Shown here: one piece after another, positions 56,082 to 64,000 of the stretch
Position numbering within the stretch: the stretch's first letter is position 1
Layout: every line of letters starts with the position of its first letter
Source of the DNA: a virus
Length of the DNA: 64,000 bases
Strand: one strand, 5' to 3'
IMG/VR virus record: IMGVR_UViG_3300029286_000013
Notes under the pieces: model-generated
The model's input: only the letters and a program-made list of their open reading frames with translations
Database searches by the model: none
Told to the model about the DNA's origin: nothing
Made by a program: the position numbers and the translations under genes

Positions 56082-58697
56082 ATGGCAACTAATAATTTAG
56101 GTGGTACTCCGTCAGACGGTGATATAACTTATGATATTGATTATGCCGCTAGAGTTGCCGCAATGGAAAGCAATGCTACTGCAACTGGTAGTAATGAGAT
56201 GGAAACTCTTAATGAAAGTTTTGCAGGTCAAACTCAAGCCGGCCAAGCTCAAAAGCCTGCAGGAAATAGTGTAGTAGATAAAGGGGTAGGCAAGTCACCT
56301 AAACCTGGTAGCAGATTACAAAACCCCTTAGGAAATTTTAGTAGTTACACATATCAATTAAGTTTGTATATGATTACCCCCGATGCATATGATGCTTTTC
56401 AATTATCAGGTAGAAAAAATATTAATGCACTAAGTCAGACTGATGCTAGTGGTCAATCAACGAACGGTGGTGCATTCTTAATTGCACAATCTGGTGGCAT
56501 CAATAACAAAACAAGTAAACGAGCACCTGGATTTGAATTGGATTATTATATAGACGATTTAAAAATTAAATCAGCTATCAATGGAAAAAATACTCAAACT
56601 GCATCTAATGTTACTGGACTTACATTTAACATTTATGAACCGTATGGCTTTTCGTTTATCACTAAACTAAAAAGAGCAAGTGATGCATTAAGAAAAAATA
56701 GTAAATTAAAAAACTACGATAAATCGGCTAACGCAAGCAGACAGTTTTTTGTTTTAGGTATACGTTTTCAAGGTTATGACAAAAATGGAAACATTGCAAA
56801 TGCAAGTGAAGTATTTGCTAGTGATACACTTAATACTAGTCCTGATGCTAGTGGTGTATATGAAAGATTTTATGACATTGTTATAACTGCAATGAAGTTT
56901 AAAATTAATGGTGGTGCTACAACTTATAATATAACAGCTAACGTTATAGCTACTAACGTAGGAATGGGTATTGCTAGAGGAACAGCAGATAATAAAGTAC
57001 CAATTGTTGCTGGAACGGTTAAAGAAGCATTAGATGGTGAAGGTGATGGTATTACTAGTTTACTAAAAACATTAAATGAAAATCAACAAACACTAAAAAC
57101 ACAAGGTTCAGTTGAAATACCAAATGTGTATAAAGTTAGATTTATAGGTGATACTAGTCTTATACAAAATGCAAGTCTTGTTAGCAAAGCAGATCCTGAT
57201 AGAAAAAAACAACCAATGAGTAGGGCAGATAACTCAAATGAAGTAACTGAAGGGACAAGCGTTAAATCGGTACCTGACACTACTAAAAGATTAATTCAAA
57301 TTGATAAAGGTACACCTATTCCTCAAGCTATTAATAATATTATTAAGCAAAGTTCATATATGGAAGATGCGCTTAAAGTTATATTTGTTGCTAGTGAAGA
57401 ACCTGACCCTGACACGAACAGTCCAGAAGTTGTTACAAAAAAAGATATACCTCCTGTTAAATGGTATAATTTAAGCACTGAAGTTAAAGCATTAGGTTTT
57501 GATACTAAAGTAGGTGATTTTGCATATGAAATTACATATGTAATACAACCATATGAAACTCCGGCTGCATCCTCACCATACACAAAATCTAGTAAGTATT
57601 ATGGTCCGCACAAACGATATGAATATTGGTTTACTGGCAAGAACAGTGAAGTTATATCATATGAACAGACTATGGATAATACATTTATGAATGTGGCACT
57701 AACACCTAATGGCGATCCAGCAAGTCAAGGCGGAGGGGCAAACATACCTACATTTCCTAATAAAAAACAAAACCAAGATACACAGGGAAGACAAGATGTG
57801 GGTATGGAAGCACAAAACGCATATATGACTAGTCTGTTTGATCCAGGTTCATATACTAAAGCCAAAGTTACTATATTAGGTGATCCTGATTATCTGGTGC
57901 AAGAAACACCGGCAAGTGTTAATCAAGTTTATAATCAGTTTTACGGTAGTGATGGGTTTACTATTAATCCTAACGGTGGACAAGTTTTTATTGAGATAGA
58001 TTTTAAAGAAGCAGTGGATTACACAAATAGTGACGGTTTATTAAACATCAACGAATCTATATACTTTTGGAACTATCCTGCCGCAGTAGCTAATAAGGTT
58101 AAGGGTGTTAGCTTTATGGTTCTTGATATAGAACATAATTTTAGAGGTGGCAAGTTTGAGCAAGTATTAAATTGTACCATCAATGATTTCCCGGGCGTAG
58201 TAGGAACACCGGCGGCGGCACTTGGTGGAAGAGCAAATGTAACAGATGCTACAGCCGCAAGAACGGGCGTAGCATTAACTACTGAAACTGCTGCCAATGC
58301 AAGGGCAACATTTGCGGCAAATGATCCTAGAAGAATTGATTTATCAAGTTCAGATGTACGCACTAGCACAAGCGAAGGAGGAAATGGATCAACACCAAGT
58401 AGTGGAAGTAGCACATCGGCATCAACTGGGTTTACGCAAGATGACGCAACTGGTGTAGCTGAGGCAGTCGCTGTTCAAGCGGCAATTCAACAGCCAGAAA
58501 ATTTATCATATGACTATGCCGATACTCCAACTACAACTACAACAGAAAGCACAAATCAAGGTGTAGCAAATGACGATAGCGTTCAAAATGCAGGTCAAAC
58601 ACAATCCGGTATTGCTAATTCTCAAAGTCCGGATGCAGGTAGAGAAACAGAAAACACAACATTACTTACTGGTGCAAGACCGGGTGAAGGCGCATAA
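56082..58697 (+). CDS. Baseplate hub protein (gp27-like, inferred)
   Basis: Position between gp53-like and gp5-like genes; F.IYEPYG, ILGDPDY, H.F.GGKFEQ.L. Confidence 0.55.
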   Translation: MATNNLGGTPSDGDITYDIDYAARVAAMESNATATGSNEMETLNESFAGQTQAGQAQKPAGNSVVDKGVGKSPKPGSRLQNPLGNFSSYTYQLSLYMITPDAYDAFQLSGRKNINALSQTDASGQSTNGGAFLIAQSGGINNKTSKRAPGFELDYYIDDLKIKSAINGKNTQTASNVTGLTFNIYEPYGFSFITKLKRASDALRKNSKLKNYDKSANASRQFFVLGIRFQGYDKNGNIANASEVFASDTLNTSPDASGVYERFYDIVITAMKFKINGGATTYNITANVIATNVGMGIARGTADNKVPIVAGTVKEALDGEGDGITSLLKTLNENQQTLKTQGSVEIPNVYKVRFIGDTSLIQNASLVSKADPDRKKQPMSRADNSNEVTEGTSVKSVPDTTKRLIQIDKGTPIPQAINNIIKQSSYMEDALKVIFVASEEPDPDTNSPEVVTKKDIPPVKWYNLSTEVKALGFDTKVGDFAYEITYVIQPYETPAASSPYTKSSKYYGPHKRYEYWFTGKNSEVISYEQTMDNTFMNVALTPNGDPASQGGGANIPTFPNKKQNQDTQGRQDVGMEAQNAYMTSLFDPGSYTKAKVTILGDPDYLVQETPASVNQVYNQFYGSDGFTINPNGGQVFIEIDFKEAVDYTNSDGLLNINESIYFWNYPAAVANKVKGVSFMVLDIEHNFRGGKFEQVLNCTINDFPGVVGTPAAALGGRANVTDATAARTGVALTTETAANARATFAANDPRRIDLSSSDVRTSTSEGGNGSTPSSGSSTSASTGFTQDDATGVAEAVAVQAAIQQPENLSYDYADTPTTTTTESTNQGVANDDSVQNAGQTQSGIANSQSPDAGRETENTTLLTGARPGEGA

Positions 58698-61600
58698 TGG
58701 CAAATAATATCTTTAAACCCAAAGGCGCAACAAGCGCAAATAAACTAGGTGCAGGTGGTGCAGTAGTTAGTCCTGTACCTGTATTTGGAATAGTAAAAGA
58801 TAACATCGACCCTATACGTTCGGGTAGATTACGTGTATACCTAAGTGATATGGGCGGTACAGATCCAGATGATGCCAATAGTTGGGTAACCGTCAACTAT
58901 ATGACTTCATTCTATGGCTTGACTGAGGGTACAGGTGACAAGACAGGGTATGGCACATATTTGCAAAATCCAATTAGTTATGGTGTGTGGAATAGTCCAC
59001 CGGATATAGGCACAACTGTTATATGTATTTTTATTAATGGTGATCCTAACTATGGTTATTGGATTGGTTGTGTACCTGAGCCAGAAGCATTATACATGGT
59101 GCCAGCTAACGGATCAACTGAAACTGCTGTATTAAATCCTAGTGAAGCAAATAGTTACGGTGGTGCAAAGAAACTTCCAGTAACTAATATCAATACTAAT
59201 AACGATGCAATCAATAATAGTCCTGCTTTTTATAATGAACCTAAACCAGTTAACAGTTATCTTGCAGGCGTATTAAATCAACAAGGTCTAATAAGAGATA
59301 CAATACGTGGTACTATAGGAACCAGTAGTCAACGTGAAAGTCCTAGTCGTGTTGGTTGGGGAGTTAATACACCAGGTAGACCTATATATGAAGGTGGATT
59401 TACAGATGAAACGATTGCAGATGCCGCAACTGGAACAGGACAACAAAGTAGTTTAAAAATAACTTCACGTAGAGTTGGTCACAGTATTGTAATGGATGAT
59501 GGTGATCTATTAGGTAGAGACCAATTAGTAAGATTACGTAGTAGCTTAGGTCATCAGATATTAATGAGTGATGACGGACAATGTTTGTTCATTATTCACG
59601 CTAACGGACAAAGTTGGATAGAGTTAGGTAAAGAAGGTACAATTGATATGTACGCTACTAACTCAGTTAACATACGAACACAGGGTGATTTAAATCTACA
59701 CGCTGATAACAATATTAATATAAATGCTAAAAAAGATTTAAAAATCTCAGCAGAGAATATTAATATTGAGACTGACAAAAAGATGGAAATCAAAGCGGGC
59801 ACAGATTTCTCAACTTATACATTAGGTAAATACACATTAAAAACTGATTACCAAATGAGTTTTAAATCAGGTGGTGAAGCAAGTTTTGCAAGTCAGAATA
59901 CAACATATATCAATGGTAGTAAGATTAACTTGAACACAGGTTCATCAGGTACAGTTCCTCAGGTAGTCAAACCACTAACTAGAGTGGCACACACTGATAC
60001 ACTATACGATGCTACAAAAGGTTGGGCGGCAGCACCGGGAGCATTAGTAAGCATTGTAAGTAGAGCACCTGCACATAGTCCTTGGGCTAGTGCAAATCAA
60101 GGTGTTGATGTAAAAGTAGATAACAATGCTAGTGCAAACTTCCCAAGCGCACCCTCAGCGGCTGTTGCAGCCACTAATGCTTCTGTACCAAGTACACCTA
60201 GTGCACCGGTTGCACCTAGTGTAGCATCAACTGTTCCAGTGACTGGGGCAATCAGTAAAGCACTAGATACAAATACTACAACCGGTATGGTTGGTGCTGT
60301 TGCAACAGCGGCACAGACTGGAAAAGCCGCTGCCGCAGTTAAACTAGGAGCAGGAGTGGTAGACGGTACTGCTGTAATAGGTAAAATGGCACAATCTACG
60401 CAACAACTTGAAGCGGCTGGTGTAATTAAACCTGGATCAGCCACATTAGTAAATGCATTAATTAGTTCAGGTAAAACAATTGAACAGGCGATGCCTTCGG
60501 CTATTTTTACAGGAAAGCCGGGAGCAGAAAACATCGCAACTTATATTAATAATCCTACAGCACAGGTTCAAACACAAGTTAGTAACTTCCAACAAGCACA
60601 AACACAACTTACACAAGCAGGCGTTATAACAGGCAAAGAAGCATCTGGTCAAATTGCCGGACTAGTTACTGCTACTGCCAGTGTTGGTTTAGCTAGTACT
60701 GTTAATTATTTAAAAACAGCATCAGGTGCATTAGGTGTCGGCGGAGTTTCTGGAATAGTGGGTAAGGCAGGTGGAGCAGTCAACACAATGTTAGGTAGTG
60801 TAACTGGTGCAATATCTTCTGGTAATTTTGCAGCCAACTTAACTTCAGTTGTAACAGGTGGATTAGGTTCTATTGCAACATCATTAGGTGGTTTAACAAA
60901 ACTAGGTGGCGGACTAAGTGGGTTATTAGATAGTGCTAAAGGTGTTGCTGGTAGTGCGTTTGCCGCAATTACTAAAGGATTTCCAACTCTCAAGGCAGGC
61001 GTTCCGCAAAACTTAAAACAAATTGCTGATAAGGCTACAGCAGATGTACAAGCGTCTGGTACAGAAGCTAGCGATGTTGCAGGAGTACTAAAATCTGCGG
61101 CTGCAAACTCAGGAATAGATGCCGCAAGTATTGCCTCAGGAGCAGCCTCATCAGCTACTAATGGACTAGCAAGTGTTACAACAGCAGTTACTACTGGTTT
61201 AGGAGCTTCTACTAATTTAGCATCAGCCGCAGAAAATGCAGTAAATGCGGCTAAAGCAACATTACCAGCAAGTGCATCGACTGGACTAAGTGGATTACCG
61301 GGAGCACAAAGTGCTGTATCAAATATTATAGATAATGCTAAAGGTGCGGTAAATCTAATACCTGGAACTGCTGGAATAACAGCCGCTTTGGGACAAGTTA
61401 ATGCGGCTGTAAATATAGGCTCATTACCAGGTGGTGCAAGTAGTTTAATCAATCAACTAAAATTACCCGGCGCATCATTACAAGCATTAGCGAGTATTGG
61501 ACTAAGTCCTGCATTGGCTGCTAAATTGAATAGTTCAATAGCATCATTAAGTTCGGGTGGGTCAGTGCCAATAACATTACCAAATATAGGTACTAGAACT

Positions 61601-61957
61601 GATAATACTCGCCCTGCTTTAGCAAGTCAACTAGAGAATTTATTTGGTAGCAGTAAAATACCTACACCAAACTACGCCGGCAATCCTGCAACGACAGGGG
61701 AAACTTCAGGTACTGTGGCAGTAAATAAATTACAAGAAAAATTAAAACAACTTAATGATATAACGGCTGAAATTGATGTACAAAAGGAGGTAGTATCTAC
61801 GGCAACATTGGCTCTACGCAAAGCGACAGAAGATTTGCCTGCAGGAGATCCGGGAATTGAAACTGCAAAACAAGAATATATTGCACAACAAGTAAAAATG
61901 TTAGCGTTATTAAAGAAATCGACTGAATTAGCTTCCGATGCTAATAAACTTATCTAA
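58697..61957 (+). CDS. gp5: Central spike (gp5/VgrG-like) with long Ala/Gly/Ser-rich extension
   Basis: OB-fold DNIDP.RSGRLRV...PPDIG..V...F..GD...GYWIG, GHSIVMDD, beta-helix repeats. Confidence 0.8.
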   Translation: MANNIFKPKGATSANKLGAGGAVVSPVPVFGIVKDNIDPIRSGRLRVYLSDMGGTDPDDANSWVTVNYMTSFYGLTEGTGDKTGYGTYLQNPISYGVWNSPPDIGTTVICIFINGDPNYGYWIGCVPEPEALYMVPANGSTETAVLNPSEANSYGGAKKLPVTNINTNNDAINNSPAFYNEPKPVNSYLAGVLNQQGLIRDTIRGTIGTSSQRESPSRVGWGVNTPGRPIYEGGFTDETIADAATGTGQQSSLKITSRRVGHSIVMDDGDLLGRDQLVRLRSSLGHQILMSDDGQCLFIIHANGQSWIELGKEGTIDMYATNSVNIRTQGDLNLHADNNININAKKDLKISAENINIETDKKMEIKAGTDFSTYTLGKYTLKTDYQMSFKSGGEASFASQNTTYINGSKINLNTGSSGTVPQVVKPLTRVAHTDTLYDATKGWAAAPGALVSIVSRAPAHSPWASANQGVDVKVDNNASANFPSAPSAAVAATNASVPSTPSAPVAPSVASTVPVTGAISKALDTNTTTGMVGAVATAAQTGKAAAAVKLGAGVVDGTAVIGKMAQSTQQLEAAGVIKPGSATLVNALISSGKTIEQAMPSAIFTGKPGAENIATYINNPTAQVQTQVSNFQQAQTQLTQAGVITGKEASGQIAGLVTATASVGLASTVNYLKTASGALGVGGVSGIVGKAGGAVNTMLGSVTGAISSGNFAANLTSVVTGGLGSIATSLGGLTKLGGGLSGLLDSAKGVAGSAFAAITKGFPTLKAGVPQNLKQIADKATADVQASGTEASDVAGVLKSAAANSGIDAASIASGAASSATNGLASVTTAVTTGLGASTNLASAAENAVNAAKATLPASASTGLSGLPGAQSAVSNIIDNAKGAVNLIPGTAGITAALGQVNAAVNIGSLPGGASSLINQLKLPGASLQALASIGLSPALAAKLNSSIASLSSGGSVPITLPNIGTRTDNTRPALASQLENLFGSSKIPTPNYAGNPATTGETSGTVAVNKLQEKLKQLNDITAEIDVQKEVVSTATLALRKATEDLPAGDPGIETAKQEYIAQQVKMLALLKKSTELASDANKLI

Positions 61958-61977
61958 ATACATTATAGGATAAAAAT

Positions 61978-62427
61978 ATGCCAACATATATAGGATTTTC
62001 AACAATCGGGGCGAATGAACCAAAGACAACTAATGCTAGTACCGGTATAGATGGTGGTACAGGTGGTGTATTACAACCAACTATCCCGGGTAAAAAGTAT
62101 CGTTTAGTAGATGAAGCTTTAGTGGTAAGAGACTTTATAAATGCATTGAATATTCAACAAGGACAAAAAGTTGGTAATCCTGGATATGGTTCTACTATTT
62201 GGAGCTTTGTTTTTGAGCCCAATGATCCACAGACTCAATTTAGACTTGAAAATGAAATTCGTAGAATTGCCAATGGTGATCCTAGATTGATAATTAATAC
62301 TGTAAAAAGTTATTCTCAGGAAAATGGCATATTACTTGAAGTAGAATTAGCTATCGCACCCTTTAACAATGCTGAAATATTGAATGTATTCTTCAATAAT
62401 TTAACTAATACAGCAACGATTCAATAA
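61978..62427 (+). CDS. gp25: Baseplate wedge protein gp25-like
   Basis: N.LNI.QG.K...P.YGS.IW...FEP...DPR. Confidence 0.85.
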   Translation: MPTYIGFSTIGANEPKTTNASTGIDGGTGGVLQPTIPGKKYRLVDEALVVRDFINALNIQQGQKVGNPGYGSTIWSFVFEPNDPQTQFRLENEIRRIANGDPRLIINTVKSYSQENGILLEVELAIAPFNNAEILNVFFNNLTNTATIQ

Positions 62428-62473
62428 CAAAACAGTGGTTTCCTTTAAGATAAATACTTAAAAGAGAATAACT

Positions 62474-64000
62474 ATGGCTACAAGTTCAAGACAATCAGCA
62501 ATATTTGGTGTGCAAAATTGGCAGGCCATTTACCAAACCTTCCGAGAAGCAGATTTTAAAAGCTATGATTATGAAACTCTGCGTAAGAGTTTTATAGATT
62601 ATCTGCGAGTGTATTATCCTGAAACGTTTAACGATTACATTGAGTCTAGCGAATTTATTGCTTTACTTGACGTTATTGCGTTTATGGGTCAAGGTCTTGC
62701 TTTCCGCAACGATTTAAATACACGTGAAAACTTCATTGATACTGCCGAACGTAGAGACAGTGTTGTTAAACTAGCCAACTTAGTAAGCTATAACCCAAAG
62801 CGTAATAATGCAGGACAGGGTTATTTAAAAGTAACTAATATTAGTACAACTGAGAATATCACCGACATTAATGGTGTTAATCTAAGTAATCAAACAATTC
62901 TTTGGAATGATCCTGCAAATGCTAACTGGTTAGAGCAGTTCAATACAGTTGTAAATGCCACATTAATTAATAGTCAACGAGTAGGTCGTCCTGGAAATAG
63001 TGCTGATTTGTTAGGAGTTAAGACTGATGAATATAGTATTAATATTCCACCTGCTAGTTTACCTATTGTACCATTTACAAGTACAGTAGATACTATCAAT
63101 ATGAATTTTGAATTAGTTAGTGCCACTAGTTTAGATGAAGATTATGTTTATGAGATACCGCCGGCACCAAGCGGCAAGATGAATATGATGTATCGTAACG
63201 ATAGATTAGGTTACGGTAGTCCAAATACAGGTTTCTTCTTTTATTTTAAACAAGGAACATTACAGACTTACGATTTCAATTTAGCTCAACAGATTAGTAA
63301 TCAGGTAGTTGATATTGATATTCAGGGTATTAATAACACAGATACATGGTTATATCAAATAAATGCTAGCAATGGTGGTAGAACATTATGGAGATTAGTA
63401 GATAGTGTTTACGCTAATGCTAATTTACAAACGGAAACTAGTTATAAGAAAGTATTCTCAGTTGTTTCCAGATTCAATGACCAAGTTAGTTATACTTTCG
63501 GTGATGGAGTATTTTCCGAAGCACCAGTTGGAACATTTAGAGCATATGTACGTGCAGGTAATGCATTGACATATACTATTGACCAAACTGAAATGCAAGG
63601 AATTCAAGTAACAATACAGTATATTAGCAGAGCAGGACGAACAGAAGCACTCACTATAGGATTAGCATTACAAACACCAGCTTCAACAGCGCAAGCCAGA
63701 GAATCATTAGCAAACATTAAACTACGTGCTCCTGCTCGATATTATACACAGAACAGAATGGTTAATGGTGAAGATTATACAAATTTCCCATATACATTAT
63801 ACAGTTCAATTATTAAAAGTGCCGCTATTAATCGCAGTTCTATTGGCGTGTCTAAAAACTTAGACCTACTTGATCCTACAGGAAAATACTCCAGCACGAA
63901 TTCATTTGCAAGTGATGGTGGATTATATCAAAATAGCGATAACGGTAATTTGTTATTGACTATAACTAACACTGGCGATATTATTAAGTTCTTAACTGAT
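62474..64000 (+). CDS. gp6: Baseplate wedge protein gp6-like (partial, runs off window)
   Basis: Not in ORF track. My translation: MATSSRQ...YDYETLRKSFIDYL...FNDYIESSEFIALLDVIAF...RENFIDTAERRDSVVKLA...FGDGVF...APARYYTQNRMVNGEDY. GATAAATA at 62449. Confidence 0.9.
   Translation, partial: MATSSRQSAIFGVQNWQAIYQTFREADFKSYDYETLRKSFIDYLRVYYPETFNDYIESSEFIALLDVIAFMGQGLAFRNDLNTRENFIDTAERRDSVVKLANLVSYNPKRNNAGQGYLKVTNISTTENITDINGVNLSNQTILWNDPANANWLEQFNTVVNATLINSQRVGRPGNSADLLGVKTDEYSINIPPASLPIVPFTSTVDTINMNFELVSATSLDEDYVYEIPPAPSGKMNMMYRNDRLGYGSPNTGFFFYFKQGTLQTYDFNLAQQISNQVVDIDIQGINNTDTWLYQINASNGGRTLWRLVDSVYANANLQTETSYKKVFSVVSRFNDQVSYTFGDGVFSEAPVGTFRAYVRAGNALTYTIDQTEMQGIQVTIQYISRAGRTEALTIGLALQTPASTAQARESLANIKLRAPARYYTQNRMVNGEDYTNFPYTLYSSIIKSAAINRSSIGVSKNLDLLDPTGKYSSTNSFASDGGLYQNSDNGNLLLTITNTGDIIKFLTD

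Noticed and set aside
45031-61452. Antisense ORFs over the tape-measure, hub and gp5 genes
   Set aside because: Shadows of Ala/Gly-rich coding strands with no independent signals.
1-64000. Stop-codon reassignment, tRNA genes, inteins or introns in nrdA/nrdB/gp20/gp23/gp46
   Set aside because: Core genes are full length in the standard code with TAA, TGA and TAG all used as stops; no tRNA cloverleaf or splicing motifs were seen by eye.

Overview
This AT-rich 64 kb window is part of a large T4-like myovirus genome. The IscU, AhpC/AhpD and DesA-like genes resemble betaproteobacterial ones, which hints at an aquatic Burkholderiales-type host (inference). Layout: (1) 1-9.3 kb, a dense cluster of tailoring enzymes (two ABM-like paralogues, PP-loop ATPase, fatty-acid hydroxylase, two desaturases, three HxD..H oxygenases, B12-radical SAM, GNAT, a CmoB/CmoA-like double methyltransferase); (2) 9.3-22 kb, ahpCD, iscU, SleB hydrolase, PAAR, glutaredoxin and nrdA-mobE-nrdB; (3) 22-35 kb, five Asn/Gly/Thr-rich modular fibre proteins; (4) 36-47 kb, head module (gp23, 22, 21, 20) with two homing endonucleases and a tape-measure-like protein; (5) 47-54 kb, gp26-like chaperone, a 500-bp structured non-coding region, resolvase, radical SAM, gp46/47 and the gp55 late sigma factor; (6) 54-64 kb, baseplate genes. 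Best candidates for novelty: a -1 ribosomal frameshift signal (T TTT TTC plus a hairpin 6 nt downstream) at the end of the gp26-like gene, resembling lambda G/GT; a roughly 500-nt folded RNA or origin-like element; recurrent late promoters 4-7 nt from ATG (leaderless mRNAs), several of them palindromic and bidirectional; and a late-promoter-driven tailoring-enzyme cluster. All product calls come from motif recognition by eye. No database search was run.
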